Origin: Convolutriloba macropyga | Taxonomy: Eukaryota | NCBI RefSeq assembly: GCF_964194025.1 | Contig: NC_134480.1 | Location: 3,906,001-3,963,595, forward strand | Reading direction: 5' to 3' | Length of the DNA: 57,595 nucleotides | Part shown: in pieces, positions 1-12,622 of the stretch | Layout: the number at the start of each line of letters is the position of its first letter | Position numbering within the stretch: the first letter of the stretch is position 1 | Program-made: the position numbers and the translations under genes | The notes under the pieces: generated by a model | What the model was told of the DNA's origin: nothing | The model's database searches: none | Seen by the model: only the letters and a program-made list of their open reading frames with translations

Positions 1-1070
1 ATTTGGAAATTGTTTTTCGAAGAAAACCTTATCTTGGCAAAGAACTCTTTTGTCTACGACTTCCTATATATTCGCAGACAAAATCTTTGTTGGCGAATGT
101 TTGTGTGATAACCATCTTTGTTATAGTGAATTGATAACCGCAATTATAAGAATGGTTTGTTTTTTTGAAGGAAACATGTAAATTAACAAGCATAACCGTT
201 AGGTTAAATACCTACATGTACAAAAATATCAAATGAAAAATCATTCGGAGTCATTATTATATATATTAAAAAAATCCAACTAAGTCTGTTCGTATCGTAT
301 ATGTTCTTATATATAAAATAAGATTTAATAGCTCCAATATGTCTGATGAGGAATGATGTAATGTTCCGAAAAAGGGTTTCAAAGAAGTGTTCGAAGAAGT
401 GGTTCAACAGAACATTCAATTCATCATTCAGGATCAGCTATGGAATAAATTATGAGAGCTTTACCATAACTGCTTTATGAGCTTCAACTTCTGTACATCT
501 TTTTAAAATGGGGTACACAAAAAATCTTTGGTTGAATTTTAATTTTTCCGTCTTTAATTTTGTTATCAGCTAGCTCCGCTGAATATCAGCACAAACTGGT
601 TATTTAATGACAACTTTTGAAGATTTCCTGACGTGCTGCCGTAATTCATTGAAATGTAGTCACTAAGTTGAAATATTTAGGTTTGCAGAAATGACTTAAC
701 GAATTCAATGTCTTACGTTTGCAGGAGTGAGGCTCAGAGATCTTGTCTGGTTTCCGTTATCGTTGATTGAAACTGACATAAGTAATAAAACATAAGTAAT
801 AAGTTATATCCGATTCCCTAACTTTTTCGGAAGACCGTTTTACAGGAATATTCTACTCTGCACGTGCTTTCAAATATCACCACTTGCATTTTTCAGATGA
901 ATATTCTGGTTGGTCAATATTGACAAAACGTTCCGCCCATAAATATATGACATCGAGACAAATATCTACCGAAAAAAAAAATCAAAACTGTTCTGTTAAC
1001 CAGGAACTCCACTTTCGTTTTGCTTGTCACAACAACCTTCTTTCTTTATTTCAAAACAGTTTATGATAAA

Positions 1071-4000
1071 CTAGCTTTTATTCTGAAGAACACATCGATG
1101 TACGAAAGCATTCAAAATTTGAAAATTTTGCAGCTTGGATTCTAAACTATACCTTTCAGTTCTATCATGATATGACATCTTCAAAACCAAGTTTGTGGAC
1201 ATTTTCTTTTCAACTCTCAATTTCAACCTCGTCCATAGATATGTAAGCATATTTTCCAATCTTTGGTCGCGGCCTCTGAAGAAATTCTCGTCCGAATATA
1301 GTTTGATAATTTTTGCAGCCGTAATGCAACTTCGACCGAACATTTTCTGCTGAAGGAAACTGTACGCCATATAGATTAATGCGTACAGTTTAAGTAGATC
1401 GTCGCCCAGAATACAGGCCAACTTTAGCTGGTCGACAGCGATTCTCCCGGCTATTCTGGCGTGTTTTGTGCTGCCTTTGTCGCCCACACATGAGTAGGCG
1501 CCTCCGAGGGTTGATAACATGCTCATTTCTGTTTCAAGGTGAACTCTAAAAAAGATTACATTTATTGAGTTAAGACTTGGGTTTCAATTATAACCAAAAT
1601 GGTTAAACATACTTACGAGAAAAAATAATATAAATCAGACAAAAAAATTTCAAATTTTTGTATCGAAAAATTTTTGTATTTGTTCTTTTATGTTAAAGAA
1701 ATTTGATTTCTGAGAAATGATTTTTTAGTTAAAACTTAGGTTTGAAATATAACCAAAATGGTTCAATATACTTAAGACAAAAAATTACATGAATTAGGCA
1801 AATAAATTTCAACTTGGTGTATTGAAAAACTTTGTGTTTGTTTTTTTATGTTAAATAAATTAAACAACACTTTCACAAACAATTAATGAATTGTTAAATA
1901 AAAGCAGTTCAATGGAGTAGTTTTCGAATGCTCCCACTACTGGTTAATTGGATTTAGTCAAATTGAGAAATCAAATTGCTTCAAATTTTACCGAGTCATT
2001 TTGCTGGCAATTTGATTTCAAAGACTGCAATGAGGAACTGCGAACGACTAGTGGGAGCTCTAATCAATTGCAGCCTGCTTCAGTCGGAGGGAGGGGGGGC
2101 TAAATGGGACTGAGAAGTTCAAAAGTGGGCTTCAAATAACCACATCAAACTCCACTATTAAGATTTAAAGTTAAAAAATGGCACTAGCTTCGGCGCACTT
2201 TTCTTTTGACTTTTAGTATTGAATAGCCGCCAACTGAGTTCAAATGCTTGAAATTGTGATTGAGAGAGAATTTTAGATCACGCGAAGCCCAAAGAGTCAG
2301 GGGCGTAAAAGTCACTCGAAAAGTCAAAACTGTCAAGCAAAAATTTTGCATAAAAAACAGAGCCGGTAGAATACCGGAAACGACTCGAATCGTCGTGCAT
2401 TATATTCTCTAACTTAACCTTACCAAAATCAGAACATCAAAATAGACCAGAGAAAAATAGACCAGAGTTAGGTGAAGGGAGGGGGTAGTTTGGGGTGTAG
2501 GGGTAGGGGGGGGGTAGGTAGGTGGTGGGGGGGTAGGTAGGTGGTGGGGGGGTAGGTAGGTGGGTGGGTAGATAGGTTGGGGAGGTGGGTAGTGCTGGGG
2601 TAGTTGGGGGAGGGGGAGTAGGTGGGGATAGCTAGGTAAAGAGAGGGGGTAGGGTAGGTGGGGGTAAGTTGGGGCTGGGGTGCGGTGGGGGGTAGGTAGC
2701 TGTTGGGGAGGGGGGGGGGGGTAGATAGGTGGTGGGGAGGGGGGTTGTGCGGTGTAGTTTAGATAATTAGGGGTGACTTATACAGGAACAAAAAATCTCA
2801 AAATGACCTCTTCACCTTAAACATTACCAGCAGTTCCTAATTACTATACATTACAAACGAAGCTACTGTTAAAGTCCAATGTTCGAAAAGAGAAGTCAAC
2901 AATCAAGAACGGAAGTAAATGCTCGAACAGAGAGAAGTCAAAATTCAAGTCATGAACAAACTTGCTTTCTGCTTAAAAAAAATTGTAGAATCACAACACT
3001 CCTCTTCGAGTTGTAAAAAGACACACACGTTCACAATAATTGCTATGAGCTTCGTTCAAGAGCAACTAAACGCAGAAGTCATTTTTACATTGTATATTGA
3101 CTGCTTTAGAAAACAATTTTAGTCAACATAACTTTGTTAGATCAATTGGTGCATTAAACTTAAAAAGATCCAAATTTGGATAAACTGATAGTCTTATTTT
3201 CAGAGAAAAACCAGACATATGTTGACCAGTCCATCAACAGCAGTATGTTGAGTCCCCAGTGCAATCGGTTCAACTTGCTGATGCCTCAATAATTTTAAAC
3301 AAGATTTCGCATTACTAACTCAACAATTTTATGATCAAGTTGGGGAGACTTCACGTGGGACTCACCATACAGCTGCTTATAGAAAAACTCGCCAATTTCA
3401 ATCTAGATTTCTCCTGCCGGTAAGATGGCGAATTTATCCAAATTTAGATCTTTTAAAGTTATGACGATTATGCATCGATTGATATAAAAGTTAAGGAACG
3501 ACCTAAGCCATGCTGAGTAAAATTGTTTAAATCTAAAACAGGCAGTTTACAATGTAAAATTGCACTTTATGTATATTTTGTCAAGAAGTGTATATAATGG
3601 ACATCAAAAGTAACATCTAGTTATACGACGTAAAAACTTAGTTCTTGACCTAAAAGAAAACCAAATTGTGACGAGGTTCGAAGACAATTTTTTTTACCTT
3701 TGACCCCCTACAAGTGATCTAGATTACATGCGAAATTGAAACAATCTGTAATGGTAACATACCAGATACTCTTGAAATTTTTCACTCTTGAAATTTAAAT
3801 GGGTTCATCAACTTCAAATTTAGCTATCTGTAAGTTACCAATAGCTATTATCTGAATTTCACAGCTAAGCAAGACCACTATTTCAGCGAGTTAGTTTTAT
3901 AATTTTTTGTATTCGAAGTTGAACATAAGTTGGTTTCTTATTAGGCCAAGAACGGAGTTTTCACATCGTAAAACTATAGGGCGCTAACTTAGTTTTGCAG

Positions 4001-4916
4001 TTCAGTATTAATAAATTTCCATGGTCGGTTGAATCCAAGGACCAAAACAATCAGCCTAACTATTGATTGTACACTCACAGTACTGCTATATCAACGGACA
4101 CAAAGATCGAGAAACTAAGTTAAGTTAATAACCATTACTAACTTGCCAACATTACTTACTCCATTTCGCTTTTTTAACTTTAATTTGCGACAATTTTTCG
4201 TAAAACTTGATTTAACAATTCAGCAGTTGATCGTGTCTTTAGAGATTTTGCTCGTTTTTCAAATCAATTTGAAAAACCAAATGCAGGAATCCAATCAAAA
4301 CGAAACTGTCTAGAAAGAAGGGATACAAAATTTTTTTGAGCTTGCAACTAATTGATAACCGGTCAATTTGATTTTAATTTTTAATTCTATTTTGATTCTA
4401 CTTCAATTTTGTGGTAAACTTGATTTTGAATCACAATAAGTTTTTAACTCACTTGATATTTCTGAGACGAAGTAGTTTATCTTCCCACATGAAATCAGCT
4501 CTCGTTAACAGGAACCCATTTTCTGCAATTATTTTCCACCAAATTTCTTCAGGTAAATTTTGACTCCACCAAACATTTGTGAAGCGACTTTCAACATACA
4601 CTATAACTTTGACGAATTTTGATCTGTAGGTTCTCAAAATATGTTCTGCAAATTTGTTGACCAGTAGAAGATCATTTTTAAAATCCTGTTTCAACTCAAC
4701 TCCAAGAAGATAAAGATATTGCAGAATCTTCCGAGAAGACAGTACAATTACCCCAATTTCTTTATCATTTTGCTCGCTCTCGTTATCCAATTGCTTCGCC
4801 TCGGTTGAGCTGAAAAGTGTTTTTGTTTGCCTTTCTTTTCGGCATCGGCCATTGAGAAAAATTCGCCCAGATAATGACCCGACGGAGAATTTAATGAGTA
4901 TAGCCTTGCGTCTCAT
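1071..4916 (-). CDS. DUF4807 / F58A4.6-like conserved protein, two exons: complement(join(1071..1545,4453..4916)), about 312 aa
   Basis: ORFs 4449-4916 and 1071-1526 join in phase 2 through donor AA|GTGAGT (4453/4452) and acceptor TTTTTTTAG|A (1546/1545), giving ...WEDKLLRLRNIKVHLETEMSMLSTLGGAYSCVGD...; the LSTLGGA-S--GD motif and following A..I...QL.LA..LGD helix resemble DUF4807. The start codon at 4916 is assumed; a possible 47-nt 5' UTR intron lies at 4954-5000. Confidence 0.8.
2042..3070. mobile_element. MITE copy (same family as 5233-5624) split by a roughly 660-bp insertion containing a G-rich tract
   Basis: 2042-2355 matches about 5243-5575 and 3015-3070 matches about 5575-5625; the intervening sequence is unrelated. 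Confidence 0.7.
2470..2760 (+). repeat. G-rich degenerate tandem repeat (GGTAGGTAGGTGGTGGGGG-like units)
   Basis: Dense G-runs separated by TA/T spacers, read directly. Confidence 0.85.
3072..3570. mobile_element. Fold-back/MITE-like element with long imperfect inverted arms
   Basis: AACTTAAAAAGATCCAAATTTGGATAAA (~3157-3184) is nearly the reverse complement of TTTATCCAAATTTAGATCTTTTAAAGTT (~3433-3460); complementarity extends out to ATTTTTACATTGTA / TACAATGTAAAAT. Confidence 0.6.
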
Positions 4917-5232
4917 AAGTGCTGGTATGGTTAATTCTATTAAACAATAACATCTAAAAATGAGAATTCAACTATCCGATGTTAAAGATAGAAATCTTAC
5001 AGCGTACAAAGCTGAATCAGTCGATACAGTTTCCTTTACTCTAGATTTTTGTCTTTTCTGATTGATTTAACGTCGCCATAAAAAAGATAGATGTTCCTTC
5101 TTTCTCTCCAATTTTGGAACACCTCAGCTCGCAATTAATTTCTTTTGTTATTGAAACCTAGCTGTGAGATAGCTGAGACCTTTATAGAATGCCAAGCCAC
5201 TTATTCAAACATAACCGACTAAACGTCGGAAG

Positions 5233-5624
5233 AATTGCTCTTGAACGACTAGTGGGAGCTGTAATCAATTGCAGCCTGCTTCAGTCGGGGGGGGGGGGGG
5301 GGTAGCCTAATTGGGACTAAGAAGTTCTATAGTGGGCTTCAAATAACCATATTAGAGGTTAACATATACCACTATTAAGATTTAAAGTAAAAAAATGACA
5401 CCAGTTTCGGCGCACTTTTTATTTGACTTTTAGTATTAAATTGCCGCCAATTGAGTTCAGCTGCTTGAAATTGTGATTGAGAGAGAATTTTAGATCACGC
5501 GAAATGCAAAAAGTCAAGGGCGTAAAAGTCACTCGAAAAGTCAAAACCGTCAAGCGAAAATTTTGCATAAAAAAAAGACACACACGTTTACAATAATTGC
5601 TATGAACTGCGTTCAAGAGCAATT
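5233..5624. mobile_element. MITE with 15-bp terminal inverted repeats
   Basis: AATTGCTCTTGAACG at 5233 and CGTTCAAGAGCAATT ending at 5624; related copies at 2042-3070, 9817-9910 and 10545-10934. Confidence 0.75.
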
Positions 5625-6839
5625 AAAAAAGAGCACTTTGATCAACGACAAAAAACGTGTTATGCAAAGAAAACATCAAAATTACAAACAAATAAAAAGA
5701 CCTATGATAATCTAGTTAGACTTAGATTGTAACTAGATTATCATAGGTTTTTTCCTTTAATTAGAGTAACTAATTATTGCTCCAAATATCTTCAATCACA
5801 TAAAATTCGCCAAAACAAAGCTTTTGAAGCTCCAATTTTTTTTCAATAATTTTTCTTTTGTTGAAATTTGTTACGCTGGTTGCACAATATGGAAATTCAA
5901 CCTTCGGATCGACGAAAGATAGTTTCAAAGCCAATCAATTTGTTGATAACAAACTTGAAGAATATCGTTTGTAAATGAAAGAAAACAGGAGTCAATTGAG
6001 CTGGTGCGTATTCAGTATTTGATGAGCAATGGTTCAGAGTTGAAGGCGTTCGAAAATTTTTAGTTACTGGTAAATCTCATTCAAAACAGCAACCGAGCTA
6101 AACTTTTGCAAACATTCTGGCAGACTCCGACGCGAATAGTATAATGAAAAAAGAAAACCCAGACAGTAAGAACAAATGCGCAGACGAAACCTTAATAGAA
6201 ACTCAGTGAGAGTAACAACTCCTGTGACGCCATGAGCGGCAATTGATTAATACAATTGCATCATTAATGATGTTATTGTACAAAAAGAAACAAGCAAAAG
6301 AATAAAAATTAGAGTATCAAGCACTTACGAAACAAACTCGCCTAAAATGCAAACATAGCTGGCAGATTGCCAGAAAATAGCCGCAATAGATTCGTAAATC
6401 GGCGGTCTAAAAAAAAACAGTAAAAAAGACAGACCAAAAAAATTTGTCTTTTCATTAAAGGCTGATCTGTTATATTTTGATTAAAAATCTGTTTAAGTTA
6501 TTGCTGCCTCTATTAGCTGATCTCAAATAACCTTCATTTAGAGTGACACACACCCATTTGACCTTATCTCTTTGAATTAAAGTAAACAAAAGTCAATTTC
6601 AAAGTGAGGAAGTCATTTTTGAGAGTGAGGTAAGTCAAGTGTGACCAAAAACTTAATCACGCGAATCAACAAAACTCGCTCCACTAAGAGCGAAAAATGA
6701 CGTTACACATGCAATTCACTTGAAATTGCATGAACGAATGAACAAAAAGTGGCTGTGACGTCATATGGTCGTAGCAAAAATCATTACGACGAAATAAAAA
6801 AACATAGCAGGACAAGTCCTGACGTAAAATTCAAAGCAT

Positions 6840-9130
6840 TTTCATTGACTAAACAGAAAAACTAGACCTAGAATGGACTATGAGTGAATTGGGAAAACCA
6901 TTTTAAAAAAAATCAGAACAAAAAAATAAGAAATAAACAAAAAATCAATGTCAAAATGCCGCATGTGAACAAAAAAAACCAATAGCGAGAAATGAAAATT
7001 TAATTCAAACAAAAAACTAGGCCTAGAATGAGCTGTGAATGGATTGGGAAAACCATTTAGAATAAAATCCGATCCAAAAAATCGAAAAAACAGTAAAAAT
7101 CGAGTGAAATTGCCGCATGTGAACAAAAAAACCACTACCGAGAAACCGAATTTTTGTTCAAACACCGTTTTCTCACTCTACTTTAAAATACAGCGAAAAA
7201 AAATTCACGCCGCAAAACCACTCGCTTTTTCGCTCCATTTCCTATTTCGGCGTGACCAAAATCACTACTCCAATTTGACTTCAAAAATAATAAAAATGTG
7301 TGAACAGATCTTAAAAAAAAACATAGCCGGAAGAATTCCGGCAACGACTCGAAGCGAAAATCAATTTAAACGCCATCCAACTACTCACCAAACAAAACGT
7401 GCCTTCACTAATTTAAGCTTATCTTGAAACAAAGTGATGAAACAAAAAAGTAGAAACAATAATATCAAATCTGTTAAAATATGATAAAAAATCTGATCAA
7501 ACTTTGTTATAAATTGAGATCCCGAAAAAACTATCTCCGCCAAAATAACTTCATCAAAACAACTAGTACTTACAAAAACCACTTATGTGAATTTTGAAAA
7601 AATAATTTAGGCTAAAATTATGAAAAAAAAAGCTCTTAAAAACAACTTTCACTGAAAAACTGGAAAAAGTTACTAAATTTTTTAATATTTCAAAAAACAT
7701 ATAAATCCAATAAAAAATTCCCTTCAACAAATAGGGTATCCAGATGCACGCAAAACAAGTCACAATAGGCAAAAACACTTAGCTAAAAACAGAAAAAACA
7801 CGAAAAACTGCAAAAAATTAAGAAAAAGAGTTCCAATTTTCGCCATTTTTTTGTCATATTTCTCAACAAAAAAATGATTCTTACCCACAAAACTGTAACC
7901 AATTGTTATCATAAAATTACTCAAGTAGGAGGGGTTTCTTCAATACCCATTTGAGCCAGTAAACAAAACAATCGTCAAAAAAACGCAAAAATTAGCCTGA
8001 AAATCAGCAAAATACATTAAAAACCTCCGAATTATCATAAAATTCATAATAATTTCCAGAAACCTTCAAACCATCTTAAAATTAAAACAAAATCATAACC
8101 AAACCTCTGAGTCAAAATAAATGAAAAAAACTGCTTTAAAATGCCGCACGTGAACAAAAAAATTTCGCTCGCTTAGAGAAAATTTTTTCACACATCAATT
8201 TCTCGCTCTCAAAAACAGCGGTATGAACAAAAACCACTCTCTTTTCGCTCCGCTCTTCACTTTTGTTCCGCGCCAAAATCACTCCAAATTTTTTCACGCG
8301 TTTCATTTCCCGCTTCAAAAATCACTCCAATAAAATTGATTAAAAAAAAGGACTTCTCCAATACTCCTCTTCGAGTCGTAAAAAAAAGACAGCGTCCCAA
8401 TACAATTCAAATTCTTTGAATTGTATAAAACCAAGAGAAGGCCAATAATAGCCCCAGCTATCGCTGTGCGGCTATTTAAAAAAACAGCGCCACAATACAA
8501 TTCAAATTCTTTGAATTGTAAAAAAACCAAGAGAAGGCCAATAACAGTCCCAGCTATTGCTGTGCGGCTATTAATCAACCATTTTGAGCAAAGTTCAAAA
8601 TGGTTGATTGCAAAAAAAATCAACTTGATGTAATTTGTCATTAAAGTTGCGCATGGCTTAAATTGTGTACTACTTATACCATTGCAATTAATTTAGGTTC
8701 CTCCGGCAAAACTCAGCAATACATATCTTCCTCTCCTTCAACAAAGTTACGATATATCTAAAAGACTAAATCATAAACCTGACATACATCTTCTACACTT
8801 GAACTATGTCTTTTAGACAAAATCTTTTATACTTCAAATAAAAGAGTACCCAAAATTTTTACTTAACTCACGCTGATAGTGATTTAGAAAACAGCAAACC
8901 TGTCGTCTTAAAATAGCTATTAAAAAACTTCTTTCAGCTAAGTTACAATATATCTCAAATACTAAAATCATATAACTGGTATTACATATTCCACACTTGA
9001 ACTATGTCTTTTAGATAAAATATTGTATACATAAATTAGTAGAGCACCCAAAGTTCTTAGTTAGCTCAAGCTGATAATGATTGAAAAAATCTGCAAAACC
9101 TCACGTTTTGAAATAGCTATTAAAGCTTCA
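6840..9130. repeat. Repeat-derived region with subterminal-type motifs and local tandem duplications
   Basis: GCCGCA(T/C)GTGAACAAAAAA at ~6958, ~7112 and ~8143; a roughly 95-bp tandem pair at 8385-8575; a roughly 200-bp tandem pair at 8730-9125. Confidence 0.6.
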
Positions 9131-10544
9131 CCGTTTGGACGGAATTCAAAATGATATATTTGCAGACATTGTGTTTTATAATGCAGACTACAATGAAACA
9201 CAAACATATCCGAAAGAGTATGCCGGTACAACCGAACGTGCGCAGAGCAGAATTCCATTAAATAAGATTTAAAGCTAAATAATCCCCGTGCTCTGATTGG
9301 TTGACCTTAAATTCATTACTTCAGAAGCATTTTTTGTGGAAAAGTAATTTAAAAATAGCATAACGAAGTTCTGTACGCGTTAAGAGCCCTCTTCAGGCTG
9401 GAGCGGGGATTGTGACCACCGATAACGTAGAGCCAGAGTCGAACGCAACTCGACAGCACACCACAGATAATCAAGTGACGATAACTAAATAATTCGCAAT
9501 TTCTTAAATGTGTTGTATTTTGATATAAACCAATCAGATTAATTGGCCAGTCAAATTGAAGTATTCGGCTCTGATTTTTTTCTAACTCGGCTCTGCGCCC
9601 GTTCGGCTCTATATCCTGGCTCCATAGCCAACTACCGTCAGGCAGATTAGTTTTGAACCAAAGGGGGAAGGGTTGGCTTAGGTTGTAGCTAGCGTGTCCA
9701 TCAACTTCAGCAATAAGGTCAAAATAAAAATTACCCTTATCTCCATCTTATCTACCCTCTTATCATAATATTCCGATTTTTAAATTAATTAAGCCACGCA
9801 ACATATTAGAATCAAAACCCACTAACGCCAGAAGAAACTCTCGATAGACTATTGCAGCTCGGATCTATTGCAGCCTGTTCAGTCTGGAGTGGGGGGGAGT
9901 AACCAAATTCACTGAAGTACCGTACTGAATTACTGAATTTCAATTTTTTTTCGGGTCATATTTGCTCAGAGCTTTAATTTTCTCGTTGGTAGTGGACCCT
10001 CGATGAGCATGAATTGCGCAGTCGATTGGAATGGATTTGTCAATTTCAAGCTTGCCTATTATGCTACTGCCAATCACAAGATTATCGAATTCTGGTGCCA
10101 GTACTTTTTTGGGAATTCGCGAACCAATTCGTTTGCCTATTGTTTGGATTCTTTTTGAATTGTAAGCTCACTTTGTACTGTCTCACCCCCTACTAGTTAG
10201 GGAATAGCCATATAAAAACCGGACTCCATCATCTTGGTAAAATTTGTAATTGTTTCCTCTATAAATTTCTCCTTTTCGTCCCATTTTTTTTTAAAGTTTT
10301 AACATAGAGTTGGTAAAAATCTTGCTTGTTTAGAGAGGAATACTGTTTTCATCAATCGTTTTTGTTTACTATACGATAATATTGCTTTACTGTGTGACTT
10401 GAGAGCTGTTAATAGCTTAGAGATGCGTTAATAATGCTTAGATTCTAGCGTTTTTAACAAGAATTCTTTAAGGTCAAAGCAAAGCGAAAGAGCAACTGTT
10501 TTAAAGAGTGAAATGAGCGTCTGACTAACGCCCACTAACATAAC

Positions 10545-10934
10545 CCACTAACGCCAGAAGAAACTCTCGATAGACTATTCGAGCTCGAATCCATTGCCTG
10601 TTGAGTCTGGAGTGGGGGGGGGGGTACCCAAATTAACTAAAGGGGGCTTCAAATGACGTCATTAGAGGTTATTATATACCACTATAACCACTAATAAAAT
10701 TTAAAAAGGAAAAATACATCAAATTTGTCGCGTTTTTCATTTGACATTTAGCAGTGCGCTTCCGCTACGAGTTCAGCTGCTGACACTTGTGAATGAGGGA
10801 AAAATTTAGATCACGCAAAACGAATAAGTCAAAGGCGTAAAAGTCGCCCGAAAAGTCAAAAAAGTCAAAAATTGTGCATTAAAAATACCAGCACTTTTAC
10901 GATAATTGTTTCAAACTTCGTTCGATAGCAATTA
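10545..10934. mobile_element. Diverged copy of the 5233-5624 MITE family
   Basis: Shares the poly-G tract, GGCTTCAAAT..ATTAGAGGTT, TTTAGATCACGC and GGCGTAAAAGTC; ends in CGTTCGATAGCAATT. Confidence 0.6.
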
Positions 10935-11404
10935 AAATTATTGCTGTTCAAAAATAAACTGACTAATATTCACAATAGGAAAAGCAGAAACTTCAATTTT
11001 TTCAAACCCAAATGAATAAGAAATTCTATATGTTATAATGACCAGGGTTTTATCTCGTTTCTCTCGACTTTATCTTTCACATTGAATTGAATGTATCTTG
11101 AAATATTCGGTGAAGCACTATTCAAAATCATTCATTTTGAAGGACTAATGAAACTCACGCTATTAATGAAGGTTTGATTACCATATTGAACACCAGGGTG
11201 GCCAGAGACTTCAGAAACGGACTTAGCGAATACTGAAAACCCTAGCCAAGGATCAGAATTTCCCGAACTCAAAATCTCCTTTTTAACACACTGCAACTTA
11301 AACAAAACAGCTAATAAATTTCATCGATGAATTGAAAACAAAGCACAAAATCAATATAATTCATGACAACAAAATTCTAAATCACTCATTACGTTGCAAT
11401 ATCG

Positions 11405-11863
11405 CTAACTAACATTACTTGAAGCAATAATCGGTTTCGGCCTCTGATTAAATAGAAGTTTTTCACGAGCTATAGCGTACACTTCATAAACTACATCGTC
11501 ACATTTCTCCTTGTTACTTTTTTGGGTTTTTCTTTTCCGCATGGCCACATAGGGTTTCATCAGTTTTTCACGCTTTCCTGTCAGCAAATGATGACCCACA
11601 ATTAATAACGGGTTTCCGCTAACCGAATCAAAGTGTAAATCACCCACGAGGTTGAAATGTTTCTTTTTCTTCACACCTTTGTTTTCAAATTCATTTTCTT
11701 TGTTGTTTTCGACCGATTCGATTGATAGTTCGTTCAAAGTGTCGAGATTCATTAACTCGCCTTGAAGTTCAATTAGAACCCATGTCTTGACATTTGGCGT
11801 ATTTTGGGAATCGTAAACGTCTTCGGCGATTGTTGATGGACCTCTGAGGATGACATTCGGCAT
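11405..11863 (-). CDS. CHTF8: Chromosome transmission fidelity protein 8 (Ctf18-RFC subunit), 152 aa, no intron in the CDS
   Basis: Ctf8 family motifs WVLIELQGEL, VGDLHF, PLLIVGHHLLTGK..KL.KP, YEV.A..REKLLF..RPKPII in one intact ORF. Confidence 0.93.
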   Translation of the reverse strand: MPNVILRGPSTIAEDVYDSQNTPNVKTWVLIELQGELMNLDTLNELSIESVENNKENEFENKGVKKKKHFNLVGDLHFDSVSGNPLLIVGHHLLTGKREKLMKPYVAMRKRKTQKSNKEKCDDVVYEVYAIAREKLLFNQRPKPIIASSNVS

Positions 11864-12622
11864 GTTTCAAGGCGCAAAAGATGCTTTAAATTGACCTCAA
11901 TTCATTATCTTATCTGAAACACATTAAAATTCTACAAAATACGCAATTAATTTTCGAGTGAAAAAGTTGATACAATTATTAAGACATGTGAGATCTTCAG
12001 AACTAAACAAAATATTTTGACATTTTCGCCACATCGGAAAGGGGAATTTTTTCTTTTTATTTCAGAATAAAGTTTAAAAAATTATATCATCATTTAACAC
12101 AGGGCAGATACTAGGTGGTTCAATACCGCCCCCTTTGTCTACCCTCTCCTTAATTGTAGTATTTGTATTTATATTTAAATTGATATTATTTGAAGGGGAG
12201 AAATTAATTTTCTTTCTTTACACGATAATTGAAATATTTTGTCAAAAAAAACTTGAGAAACCAAGAATTCATGATAAAACCTGATCAGACCTTTGCAAGA
12301 TCTTATCCAGATATAACAAGAATAACTGAAGTTAAATTGTAGTCACACGTGTGTACAAATCATATAAAGTACAGCTGTGTACAATAATAGCAAAGGTGTA
12401 TGTTTAATGCCTTTCTATAACTGGTTAAAGAAAAAACGCATAAATTCAATAAATCTTTCTTTACACGCACAGTGTGATTGTTTAAAAGAAGCTTATATTA
12501 CATTACGGCTCATATATTAGACGAACACGAATAATACTTCAAGTTATTAAACACTAAAATATTTGTTTAAGGAGCTACCTTTATTTACAGACCAGAAAAT
12601 CAAGCTAGATCCGATTGCAAAA

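Noticed and set aside
204-960. Possible minus-strand exons (ORF 204-419; AG/GT-bounded segment near 717-772)
   Set aside because: No consistent reading frame or recognisable protein could be assembled.
5041-5079. Upstream ATG as the DUF4807-like start
   Set aside because: It reaches TAG after 12 codons; at most a uORF.
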